This document shows, piece after piece, positions 27,337 through 35,957 of a DNA stretch of 64,000 nucleotides. The DNA lies in NCBI GenBank assembly GCA_016214995.1, contig JACRML010000059.1:23010-87009 (forward strand), read 5' to 3'. A program made the translations under genes and the position numbers. How positions within the stretch are numbered: position 1 is the stretch's first letter; each line of letters begins with the position of its first letter. The notes beneath the pieces were generated by a model that saw only the letters and a list, made by a program, of their open reading frames with translations, searched no databases and was not told the origin of the DNA. Source of the stretch: Deltaproteobacteria bacterium. GTDB lineage: Bacteria; Desulfobacterota; GWC2-55-46; UBA9637.

Positions 27337-27651
27337 TTAAAACAGTCCTGGAATATTCAAACCTGATGTAACCTTCCCCATCTCTTCTGTCATCATTTCC
27401 TGAGATCTTTTAATTGCACCGTTTACTGCTGCAGTAATCAAATCCTGCAGCATTTCCACATCATTTGGATTTACCACAGACTGATCAATTTTGAGAGATA
27501 ACAATTCTTGTCTTCCATTTATTGTGACCGTAACTATGCCGCCGCCTGACGAAAACTCCACGGTTTTATTTGCAAGCCCCTTTTGAACCTCCGCCATCTT
27601 CTCTTGCATCGCCTTGGCCTGTTTCAGGATATTTCCCATGCCTTTATGCAT
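27337..27651 (-). CDS. ybaB: Nucleoid-associated protein YbaB/EbfC
   Basis: GNILKQAKAMQEKMAEVQKGL... sits between dnaX and recR, which is the classic synteny. Confidence 0.9.
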   Translation of the reverse strand: MHKGMGNILKQAKAMQEKMAEVQKGLANKTVEFSSGGGIVTVTINGRQELLSLKIDQSVVNPNDVEMLQDLITAAVNGAIKRSQEMMTEEMGKVTSGLNIPGLF

Positions 27652-29317
27652 TTGCCCTCCTACGGTCTTCTATTATCCTTCCCCCAAATGTCTTAACAGC
27701 CTCTTTTATAATTTTATCATCTTCTCTCGGCTTTGAAGAAATGACCGCACTATCATCTCCCTTTATACTGACCACTACTTCTTTACCAAAAAATTCGTTG
27801 CAGAGCTGTTCAAGAACTTTCTTGTTTTCTGAAAGATAGGTAAAATACGGTCCGGCCTTTACACTCATAGAAATAGCGCCGCTATCCATGGAGATAATAT
27901 TTACAACCTCCAGATGTGAAGCCAAAGGAGGTCTTTTCTTCCTTACAAAATCCAGAAAATCTGACCATTGCCTGTCGCAGCCATCAGACACAAATTGCAC
28001 AGTATTAGCCGGGAGCACCTTTTCACCTGCCACTTTTGGCCTTTGGCCCAGATTGTCTGAAATAAACCCATTCCCATAAAGACCTTCATTTTGTGGTATC
28101 CCAATCGCATCCGCCTTCAGTAGGCGCTCAGCAGATGGACGTACTACTGATTTCTGAGAGCTGATTTTTGCCACCGTATCTGATTTAAGCTCCTCCAACC
28201 TGTCAAGCACAGTATTTATTGATTGAAGATTTTCAAGATGAGCCATCTTAAGGAGGGTCATCTCCAATGTGTATCTTGGAGATGGGGCCCTGGATATATC
28301 TTCATAACCCTTGCTCAAAAGCGTAAATAACACTTGGATATCCAAAAAACTGACTTTGTTAGCCAGCCCTTTTAAATCCTCTATCTCGCTGTCAGGCAGA
28401 TCTAAAATACCCCTTGGTTCATCCACCGTTTTTACAACAACCATATCCCTTATATGCTCTAAAAAATCTTGACAGAATTTTTTTAAATCATAACCAAAAT
28501 TATATACCTTTTCAATAAGTTTCAAACACTCTTTGCCATTTTTATCAATTGCAGCCTCACTGAGCTTAAAAAGAAGAGCTCTGTCCATTAGTCCGAGGGC
28601 GTCTGTAATATCGGTCTCTTTTATCTCAGTACCTGCAAACGCTATTACCTGATCCAACAGACTGTGTGCATCCCTAAGACTGCCATCCACCTCTCTTGCT
28701 ATGAGGTATATACCTTTCTCCGTAATCTTTATACCTTCTGCCTCAGCAACAAATTTAATATGATTCTGAATCTCCTTCAAAGATATCCGTTTAAAATCAA
28801 ACCTCTGGCATCGTGAAAGAATTGTGGCCGGTATCTTATGAGATTCTGTTGTTGCAAAGATAAAGATGGCGTGAGCAGGAGGCTCCTCCAGTGTTTTTAA
28901 CAAGGCATTAAATGCCTGATTAGAGAGCATGTGAACTTCATCTATTATATAAACCCTGTATCTGCCGTGCGATGGAAGATACTTGATGTTTTCTCTAATC
29001 TCTCTCACATTATCAACGCTGGTATTGGACGCTCCATCTATTTCTATAACGTCTACTGAAATATTGCCGGTTATCTCTTTGCAAGATTGACACTCATTGC
29101 AAGGTGAAGGAGCAGGACCTTTTGCACAGTTCAGGGCCTTTGCCAAAATCCTGGCTATAGTTGTCTTACCCACACCTCTCGGGCCAGAAAAAAGATAGGC
29201 ATGAGCAATCCTTTTGCTGGCAATGGCATTCTTAAGCGTTGTTGTAACATGCCCCTGGCCTATAACATTTTCAAAAACCGTTGGCCGCCATTTTCTTGCT
29301 AAGACTAGATATGACAT
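27644..29317 (-). CDS. dnaX: DNA polymerase III subunit gamma/tau
   Basis: KWRPTVFENVIGQ, Walker A GPRGVGKTT, a zinc module (CNECQSC) and the SRC motif. Confidence 0.95.
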   Translation of the reverse strand: MSYLVLARKWRPTVFENVIGQGHVTTTLKNAIASKRIAHAYLFSGPRGVGKTTIARILAKALNCAKGPAPSPCNECQSCKEITGNISVDVIEIDGASNTSVDNVREIRENIKYLPSHGRYRVYIIDEVHMLSNQAFNALLKTLEEPPAHAIFIFATTESHKIPATILSRCQRFDFKRISLKEIQNHIKFVAEAEGIKITEKGIYLIAREVDGSLRDAHSLLDQVIAFAGTEIKETDITDALGLMDRALLFKLSEAAIDKNGKECLKLIEKVYNFGYDLKKFCQDFLEHIRDMVVVKTVDEPRGILDLPDSEIEDLKGLANKVSFLDIQVLFTLLSKGYEDISRAPSPRYTLEMTLLKMAHLENLQSINTVLDRLEELKSDTVAKISSQKSVVRPSAERLLKADAIGIPQNEGLYGNGFISDNLGQRPKVAGEKVLPANTVQFVSDGCDRQWSDFLDFVRKKRPPLASHLEVVNIISMDSGAISMSVKAGPYFTYLSENKKVLEQLCNEFFGKEVVVSIKGDDSAVISSKPREDDKIIKEAVKTFGGRIIEDRRRANA

Positions 29318-29400
29318 AATTTAAAAAGGATGAGGATGAGGTTAAGGCTGAGGAAATCTTCTCCTTAACCTTGACCTCAACCTTAATCTTATTTCTTAAT

Positions 29401-29523
29401 GGTTACTATTGATAGCTAGGTATCCTTGCGGCACATAGAAGATGTTGCTACCGTTGCTTCCTTCCGGACCTGGCGGGGTTTGCAAACTTTCTATTGCGCA
29501 AGACCCAGCTATCAATACTAACC
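29401..29523 (-). ncRNA. ffs: Signal recognition particle RNA (small, 4.5S-type)
   Basis: On the minus strand a long helix closed by GGTTAGTATTGATAGCTGGG / CCTAGCTATCAATAGTAACC encloses the universal domain IV sequence CCAGGTCCGGAAGGAAGCAACGGTAG. It lies just upstream of dnaX, as in many bacteria. Confidence 0.85.
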
Positions 29524-29627
29524 ACAAGATTACAGTGAACAGTGAATAGTTGTCAGTCGTCAGTATTAGATATATCTTTTCGTTTTTTACTATTCACCAA
29601 TCACTGTTCACCATTCACTGCCTTTAA
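29524..29627. repeat. Heptamer-periodic inverted array between tRNA-Ser(GGA) and ffs
   Basis: ACAGTGA ACAGTGA ATAGTTG TCAGTCG TCAGTAT ... TTACTAT TCACCAA TCACTGT TCACCAT TCACTGC. Confidence 0.8.
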
Positions 29628-29720
29628 TGGCGGAGAGAGAGGGATTTGAACCCTCGGTACACCTTTTGGATGCACACACGATTTCCAGTCGTGCTCCTTC
29701 AACCGCTCGGACATCTCTCC
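29628..29720 (-). tRNA. tRNA-Ser (anticodon GGA)
   Basis: 93-nt cloverleaf folded by hand: acceptor GGAGAGA/TCTCTCC, anticodon stem CACGA/TCGTG with loop CTGGAAA, a long variable arm, T-loop GTTCAAATC, and an encoded CCA. Confidence 0.9.
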
Positions 29721-29797
29721 ATTAACTGCAGTGGTCAGTGAACAGTGTTCGGTTACCTGCTGACCACTCACCACTACCCACTGGTCACTGCCTTTAA

Positions 29798-29887
29798 TGG
29801 CGGAGAGAGAGGGATTTGAACCCCCGGTAGGGTTGCCCCTACAGTTGATTTCGAGTCAACCGCCTTCAGCCTCTCGGCCATCTCTCC
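29798..29887 (-). tRNA. tRNA-Ser (anticodon CGA)
   Basis: 90-nt cloverleaf: same acceptor and T arm as the neighbouring tRNA, anticodon stem GTTGA/TCAAC with loop CTCGAAA, variable-arm hairpin GTAGGG/CCCTAC, and an encoded CCA. Confidence 0.9.
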
Positions 29888-29968
29888 ATTAACTGCAGGG
29901 GTTAGTGATTTAGTAAAAATTAACCCTAATCACTACAACTAACCCCTGCCTTGCTAGCCAATTTGTAG

Positions 29969-29997
29969 TTTCTACCATGTTTACGTTTTAAAGTCAA
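29969..29997 (-). promoter_or_regulatory. Candidate sigma-70-type promoter for the tRNA-Ser/ffs/dnaX transcription unit
   Basis: The minus strand reads TTGACT, a 17-nt spacer, then TAGAAA, about 80 nt upstream of the first tRNA. This is a sequence match only. Confidence 0.3.
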
Positions 29998-30115
29998 AAC
30001 TTTTGATTGGAAAAGGGTGGCTCATTTAGAAAGACAAATACAATTGCAGTTGTAGGATTATGAAGCATTAAACTTTTAAATAGAAGCTTCCACGTGGGTT
30101 AAAGAAAAGAATTAA

Positions 30116-31132
30116 TTAGGATGGCCTCCGAGTTTCTCGTTTCAATGTTTCTCCAAATGACATTAATATCTCTCGATCCCAATATCCTTTTCCTGCCTCT
30201 ATATTCATAACTTCTAATGCTATATCCTGCGGCATTCCTCGTCTGTAGGGACGGGCAGATGTCAAAGCGTCATAGGAATCTACAATTCCTATTATCCTTG
30301 CCCCCATCGGTATACGGTCTCCAACAAGGCCGTCTGGATAACCTGCCCCGTTAAATCTTTCATGGTGGCTGCGAATGACAGGAAGTAAAGGCTGGACAAA
30401 TTTCAAAGGACTGCATATCTTTTCCCCAACCACAGGGTGCTGCTTTACATGTTCGTATTCCGTGCCGTTTAATGCGCCTGGCTTATGGAGAACAGCCTTG
30501 TCAGTCGCTATCTTTCCGATATCATGCAAAAGCCCTGCGTCTCTTATGCTGTTTTGCTCATGGTGTGAAAGGCCGAGAAAATTTGCCAGTTTGCCTGCCA
30601 TGTCAGAAACCCGATGAGAATGACCATGCGTATATGGATCATTAAAATCCAGAGCTATAGCAAGGCTGAATATTACATTCCTTGCATCTTCCAGCTCTTC
30701 CAAAAGACTCTTAACCCTTATAAGGGACTTAACCCTGGCCAATAGCTCTGGTTTCTGAAACGGTTTAGAAATAAAATCATCAGCCCCTGCCTCTATCCCC
30801 TTTATTTTATCATCTGTGTCAGAAAGTGCAGTAAGCATTATCACAGGAACAAATCGGGTTGTATCCTTTGCTTTTAACTTCCTGCATACTTCATAACCAT
30901 CCATCCGCGGCATCATTACATCCAAAAGGATTACGTGGGGATTCACATCTTCCACCATATTCAAGGCATCTTCACCATTGTATGCCTTGAATATATTGTA
31001 CCCCCTGGATGACAAAAGGGCATCCAGAAGATCAATATTCCCGTGGTTGTCATCTACCACCAAAATATTAACTTGGACTTCTTCCATTTTCTCTCTGGTC
31101 TGCGTTGTATTATTTGCAGTTGCAGCCGTCAT
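30116..31132 (-). CDS. Response regulator with receiver domain and HD-GYP c-di-GMP phosphodiesterase domain (RpfG-like)
   Basis: The receiver domain (ILVVDDN..., VILLDVMMPRMDG) is followed by HDIGK and HHERFNGAGYPDGL (HD-GYP). An alternative start lies at MEEVQ (31087). Confidence 0.85.
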   Translation of the reverse strand: MTAATANNTTQTREKMEEVQVNILVVDDNHGNIDLLDALLSSRGYNIFKAYNGEDALNMVEDVNPHVILLDVMMPRMDGYEVCRKLKAKDTTRFVPVIMLTALSDTDDKIKGIEAGADDFISKPFQKPELLARVKSLIRVKSLLEELEDARNVIFSLAIALDFNDPYTHGHSHRVSDMAGKLANFLGLSHHEQNSIRDAGLLHDIGKIATDKAVLHKPGALNGTEYEHVKQHPVVGEKICSPLKFVQPLLPVIRSHHERFNGAGYPDGLVGDRIPMGARIIGIVDSYDALTSARPYRRGMPQDIALEVMNIEAGKGYWDREILMSFGETLKRETRRPS

Positions 31133-31217
31133 TTATCTTTTTCATCTCCTGAACCCCTGTGAGAAATTTCAGATGGGGTTTTTATTGAGCACTATCTGCT
31201 GATTATCTTCATTCCGC

Positions 31218-31410
31218 TTAACCAGAAAAATGCATTTGGTTTTTATTCTTCGGGTCAAATGCAAGATTTGAGCCAAAGACAAGGAAAAGATGGCTGGACA
31301 AACGGAGCATACTGTTTTAAGTATGTGAGTATTTGGACAGCCATATTTAACGCCGTATTTGGCCAAAGGTTGTGTTTGACCAAAAAATGCAACTGTATTT
31401 TTTGGGTTAA
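31218..31410. mobile_element. Composite MITE-like element bounded by two inverted TTAAC hairpin modules
   Basis: The left end is TTAACCAGAAAAATGCATTTGGTTTTTATTCTTCGGGTCAAA. The right end is TTTGACCAAAAAATGCAACTGTATTTTTTGGGTTAA. The two ends are inverted relative to each other, and about 115 nt with an internal hairpin lies between them. Confidence 0.6.
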
Positions 31411-31427
31411 AGCTCATTCATTTCTTC

Positions 31428-32060
31428 CTAACGTGGTGAAGATATTGCAGGAAGCACTATTTCGTATCTTGCATGTTTATAAGAATTGAACGTAGTAAAA
31501 TTAGCAAAAACCCACCCCTTTGCCACACCCTTACCCCTCTCTAGAAGCTCCACAAGCACTGCAGGGTTCAGCGGTTCGTTTGACTTGGAACTTATATAAG
31601 TGTCATACATTGTATAATGCGGCAGAAATGCCACAACTTTGATAGCAAGCTTTGTTCCCTTAATAGGTGTTTCTTTGCCCACAGCCGCAATAATCTGACT
31701 CTCTGTCTTTTTCTCTTTATCAAGCAGCTTCAAACTAATAGTTTTCCACTTTGATTTAACTTCATCAGGCACCCTAACATCCCTTTTCACGTCACCGCCC
31801 GATGGATGACCTACTGCCAACTCATCTATATTTTCACTCCCCTTTTTAGCACCATCAGCCGTCTCTCTACCAGTCACCATTGAGTGCTCTGCCGTACCAC
31901 TTACTGGCGGATGACCTGCAGGAACCGCAACCTCTTCTGCTGTTTTAGCCTCTTTCTTTTCCTCAACCCTGCCTGTTTCTTTTTTTTCCTCTTGTTTGTT
32001 GCAGGAAATAAATCCACCTAACACAACCAATATTACTATCATAACAGCATATATCTTCAT
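31428..32060 (-). CDS. Putative lipoprotein, function unknown
   Basis: MKIYAVMIVILVVLGGFISC is a signal peptide with a lipobox Cys, followed by a Glu/Lys-rich linker. GGAGG precedes the ATG at 32060. Confidence 0.55.
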   Translation of the reverse strand: MKIYAVMIVILVVLGGFISCNKQEEKKETGRVEEKKEAKTAEEVAVPAGHPPVSGTAEHSMVTGRETADGAKKGSENIDELAVGHPSGGDVKRDVRVPDEVKSKWKTISLKLLDKEKKTESQIIAAVGKETPIKGTKLAIKVVAFLPHYTMYDTYISSKSNEPLNPAVLVELLERGKGVAKGWVFANFTTFNSYKHARYEIVLPAISSPR

Positions 32061-32190
32061 TTTAAATAAACCTCCGTATTTATCTGAACCAAATTTTCGG
32101 TTATGATTACCATACTTTAAGAAATGTTTCAATAATAATTACTCCATCCATAATTATCAATTATTTTATTTCCATGGTGTTCCTTCTCGC

Positions 32191-32331
32191 GAGCTTGTTG
32201 AAAAACTCAACAATCTCTGATTACACAGATAAAAAATATAGATTACACAGATTTAAACTATTGAATTATCTGTGTAATCGTTTTTATAAATCTGTGTAAT
32301 CAGGGCTGCTGGGGTCTTTTTCAACAGCCTG
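32191..32331 (-). mobile_element. GATTACACAGAT MITE, copy 3, inserted in the terminal hairpin of mosaic copy B
   Basis: It is the reverse complement of copy 1 over its whole length. It abuts GATTTTTGGGGAAACC, which is the right half of the mosaic terminal hairpin. Confidence 0.8.
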
Positions 32332-32563
32332 ATTTTTGGGGAAACCTGCAAGTTGGCTGCCAGACAACACACCCCTAAATACCCTCTCGAGAGGGGACTA
32401 AAGGGGTGTGTTATTTGCTACGAGCCGTATATCACCAATACGGTGAGAAGAAAAAATGTGCCGATAACGAAGTATGGCAGGCAAATCGGCTGGCTACACT
32501 TGCTGTGAAGCAATTGCAAGTGGAAGATGTAAAATAGCGAGGTTTTTAATCGCTATTTTACGG
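32331..32563 (-). repeat. Mosaic multi-hairpin element, copy B (nearly complete; terminal hairpin interrupted by a MITE)
   Basis: Collinear with copy D except for small indels. Its end CCGTAA provides the last codon and the stop codon of the PPIase gene. Confidence 0.85.
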
Positions 32564-34066
32564 TCTACCCTGAATCCTGCCAAGTTCTTTCTGGTTTATA
32601 TCTATTGGCACTGTTTCTCTTAGCCGTTTTATATATCCACTTAATGCAGCATTAAATTTCTCCGTGCCTATTATTCTATTTATATCGCTTTTCACCCTTT
32701 CTAAAGATATATAAGCACCTTTTTCAATATCACGAACCTCCAAAACTATATAACCCATCTCTATAGGAAATGGCCCCAGAATACTTCCTTCCTTTGCCTC
32801 CATCACAGCCTTTTGAATATCGCCTGAGAGTTGATTTATCTGTACCCATCCGATATCGCCGTTCTTTTCCTTGTAAGGATCTGTAGATTTGTCTCTTGTC
32901 GGATAAGAAAAATCAGCCTCCTTTTTAAGGTCATCATATAAGGCCTTGGCCTCTTCTTTATCTATAACATTTATCATCCTTAAAGACACCTTGTCAGATT
33001 CCCGGTATTTTTCCTTGTTTGCATCATAATATTTAAGAATATCTTTTTCATCAACCTTTACCTCAGGGAAAATCATCTTTCTCTTAAATTGTTCTATAAG
33101 CTGCATCTCTCTGTACTTCTTTATCTTTGCCTTAATCTTGTCATCATTCCAATACTTCCTGCCCATTGCCTCATTGTCAAGAATTTTATGAAGGATAAGT
33201 CTATCCAAGACCCCGCTCATTGCCCCCTCATCCTGCGCCTTTGAAACATTCAAATTACTTAATACCTCTCTACCGAATATTGATTCACCATTCACCTCTG
33301 CGATAGGCTTATCAAAAAGCTCAGCCTTGTCGCGAGGCAATGCGTTTAACAACTCATCATAGATTTTCACTTTTGCCTTTTGCCGAATCTCTGCAAAATA
33401 CTCCCTTTCCCTTGCCTTTGACTTTTCATTAAAAAGCCATTTCCTTATTTCCTCTTTATCCATAGCTGACACATTTCTTGGCTCTTTCTTTTTGTCAGAA
33501 ATATCCGTCCCTTTATTAGCCCCTTCCTTAACAGCATCCGTTTTCTGTTTATCATCCTTTTCTTTATCGGCTTTTTCTTGTACCATCTTCTTCAATTGTT
33601 TCTGATAATAGTCTTCTACCTCTTCATCCGCTACCGTAGTCTTATTTAATATCTCATCCCGACGAAGCCTCTCAAGAAACAGATTCAGGGCATAAGTATC
33701 CATGCTTATTATAAAATCTGTTTCTTTATCAAGCCCAATGTTCTTAGCCTCTATTGACATAAGCTTATTATCTATAAGCTCATTCAGAAGTTTGCCAATA
33801 TCCTGTATCGCAAAGGAACTTTGTTCAGAAAGTGTCTTGCCTGCCCATTTGATCCTATTCAGCTTGCTCATCTCATCCAAAAATTCATCTTTTGTAATTA
33901 CCTCATTTCCAATTTTGGCAATATATATATCTTTTTTCTTAGAGGTAAACGGCCAGAACCCTGATGAATCGGCAGGATTGAGTATAACTGCTAAAATCAT
34001 TAATACTATAACTATAGAAACGGCATCCCTCAATCTCAAGTTTGAGTTTGATATACTTATCATCAT
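32558..34066 (-). CDS. Peptidyl-prolyl cis-trans isomerase, SurA/PpiD-like with a parvulin (PpiC) domain
   Basis: An N-terminal membrane anchor and a SurA-N-like chaperone region are followed by a C-terminal rotamase-like region (...SLRMINV...GDIGWV...GPFPIEMGYIVLEV). Confidence 0.75.
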   Translation of the reverse strand: MMISISNSNLRLRDAVSIVIVLMILAVILNPADSSGFWPFTSKKKDIYIAKIGNEVITKDEFLDEMSKLNRIKWAGKTLSEQSSFAIQDIGKLLNELIDNKLMSIEAKNIGLDKETDFIISMDTYALNLFLERLRRDEILNKTTVADEEVEDYYQKQLKKMVQEKADKEKDDKQKTDAVKEGANKGTDISDKKKEPRNVSAMDKEEIRKWLFNEKSKAREREYFAEIRQKAKVKIYDELLNALPRDKAELFDKPIAEVNGESIFGREVLSNLNVSKAQDEGAMSGVLDRLILHKILDNEAMGRKYWNDDKIKAKIKKYREMQLIEQFKRKMIFPEVKVDEKDILKYYDANKEKYRESDKVSLRMINVIDKEEAKALYDDLKKEADFSYPTRDKSTDPYKEKNGDIGWVQINQLSGDIQKAVMEAKEGSILGPFPIEMGYIVLEVRDIEKGAYISLERVKSDINRIIGTEKFNAALSGYIKRLRETVPIDINQKELGRIQGRP

Positions 34067-34545
34067 CTCCTCATCTTCTTATTCTGGCCAGACCAGATAA
34101 GCTGGCCGCTGTTTTAATCAACGGTTCTGACTGTCTCACCTATGGATATGTTCTTTTCTGTATCATAAACTGTGCTATATTACCAGCTTCCCTGTATCCT
34201 CTGATATTATAAACCACCACACCTTTAAAGGTGTGGCTTCCTCTTATACTCTCTTTGCAAAAAATTCCAACCATTCATCCCCATCTTTACAGACAGGGCT
34301 TTCTGGTGTGGTGGTAAAATCCACATGGCCTTGATATTGCGTTTTCTTAACAATCTGCAGATTGCCTCTTATTTATTAAAGCATAGGCATGCACTACCCT
34401 AAAAACAGGAAGTGGTAAGATTTCTTTAATGACTTTTTTTTTTTTCTTTGATAAATTTTCCGCACTGATACAACTGTGAACTGTGTGACAGTTAAAAACA
34501 ATTTGCAGTTTACGACTCTACTGATAACTATCAGAGGTTCTCTTA

Positions 34546-34737
34546 ATGGGCTATTTTCTAAGCGTATTGGGTTTAGTGTTGGTCATAGAAGGTTTGCCAT
34601 ATTTTGCATTTCCAGTAAAGATAAAGAAGTGGGCGCTTTCTCTGCAGGAGATGCCGGAGAGAACGCTTCGCATCCTGGGATTTGTTTCCATAATAACAGG
34701 TCTGCTCCTGGTTTATCTCGGAAGGAAGGTATTTTGA
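34546..34737 (+). CDS. DUF2065-family small membrane protein
   Basis: 63 aa with two hydrophobic helices. The LVLVIEGLPYFAFP...LRILGFVSIITGLLLVY pattern is characteristic of DUF2065. It is hidden inside a longer spurious ORF. Confidence 0.65.
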   Translation: MGYFLSVLGLVLVIEGLPYFAFPVKIKKWALSLQEMPERTLRILGFVSIITGLLLVYLGRKVF

Positions 34738-35957
34738 AAAGATTCGGGAGTCAGAAATCAAAAGTCAAAAATCAGAAGGTTTTTATTCCATTCTATCTTA
34801 TCTGTCTCCTTCTTTCTCTACCTGCCTGCGTTAAAGATATTTCTTCTTCCTTTTCTAACAACGGAGAAAAGATAAAGGTTGCGGTATTAAAAAATGTGCA
34901 GGATTTAAAAATAGAAGGGGCTGCCGCGGTAGAGGCAGACGGCCGCCCATTATTCCTTCAGTCTGATAAACATGTACCCGAAGGCTTTAATAGGGGAGGT
35001 GTCTCACGACCTACCTTCAACCCAATCACGATTGCATTGGAAGAATCAAATACCTTAACAGCAAATAACAGCAAGATAGATGGTTCAAAAGTGGTATTTT
35101 TCTCAGACAATGGCATACTCTATTTAAACGGCCGCAAATACAGAGGCAAGATGGAAGTTATAAAAGAACAGAAAGGACTGCTGGTTGTAAATGAGCTGCC
35201 ATTAGAGTTTTATGTGGCCGGCCTCATCAACCACGAGATATCATCAAAATGGCCTATGGAGGTTGTAAAAACGCAGGCTGTTATAGCAAGGACATACGCC
35301 GTTTATCAAAAGAAAAAAAGAAACGGCTGGACATATCACATTGAATCAACTGTTGCAGATCAGGTTTACGCAGGTAGCACTGCCGAGGATGACCGCTCTT
35401 TTTATGCAGTTAAGGAGACTGTCGGCGAGGTATTGACCTATAACGGAGAATTTGCCCTGACCGTATATCATTCAAATGGCGGCGGCATGACAGAGGACTC
35501 TAAAAATGTCTGGGGTGGGGATTATCCGTATCTGGGGCAGGTAAAGAGCCCGTTTGACAAAGACTCTCTGAATTTTTCATGGACTCTCAATATAACCCCG
35601 CAAAACATTGAATCGGCATTGAAAGACGCAAGCTATTCCATAACAGATATAAAAGATATAACACCTTTACATAAGACAAATAGCGGCAGGGTAACAAAGT
35701 TAATAATATATCACAGCAATGGTATTACAGATATAACAGGCGAGGATTTAAGAAAGGCTATCGGCTATGACAAACTTAAGAGCACTATGTTTACTGTTGA
35801 AGCAATAAACGGCTCATTTGTTTTTAAGGGAAAAGGCTTTGGCCACGGTGTTGGGCTGTCTCAGTGGGGCGCTAAAGGCATGGCAGAAAAAGGCTACGGT
35901 TATAGAGATATATTGGAGCATTTCTATCCAGGCACAAGGATAGAACGAATATACTAA
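34734..35957 (+). CDS. SpoIID/LytB-domain protein (lytic transglycosylase-like), lipoprotein
   Basis: An in-frame TTG at 34734 gives MKRFGSQ...FYLICLLLSLPAC (lipobox). SpoIID motifs follow (NELPLEFYVAGLINHE, YHSNGGG, GFGHGVGLSQWGA). There is a 4-nt overlap with the DUF2065 stop. Confidence 0.8.
   Translation: MKRFGSQKSKVKNQKVFIPFYLICLLLSLPACVKDISSSFSNNGEKIKVAVLKNVQDLKIEGAAAVEADGRPLFLQSDKHVPEGFNRGGVSRPTFNPITIALEESNTLTANNSKIDGSKVVFFSDNGILYLNGRKYRGKMEVIKEQKGLLVVNELPLEFYVAGLINHEISSKWPMEVVKTQAVIARTYAVYQKKKRNGWTYHIESTVADQVYAGSTAEDDRSFYAVKETVGEVLTYNGEFALTVYHSNGGGMTEDSKNVWGGDYPYLGQVKSPFDKDSLNFSWTLNITPQNIESALKDASYSITDIKDITPLHKTNSGRVTKLIIYHSNGITDITGEDLRKAIGYDKLKSTMFTVEAINGSFVFKGKGFGHGVGLSQWGAKGMAEKGYGYRDILEHFYPGTRIERIY

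Noticed and set aside
28478-28484. A/T homopolymer in dnaX as a possible programmed -1 frameshift site (gamma subunit production)
   Set aside because: The run lies in domain III, around residue 280, rather than after it. No downstream stem-loop is evident, and the heptanucleotide does not match the A AAA AAG slippery pattern in frame.
31169-31489. ORFs 31169..31417 (minus strand) and 31259..31489 (plus strand)
   Set aside because: Both lie within the composite TTAAC hairpin element and overlap a neighbouring gene end, so they are translations of repeat DNA.
34476-34733. Upstream part of the 493-aa ORF as the SpoIID N-terminus
   Set aside because: It overlaps the better-supported DUF2065 ORF and lacks a signal peptide. 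The TTG at 34734 gives a proper lipoprotein signal.
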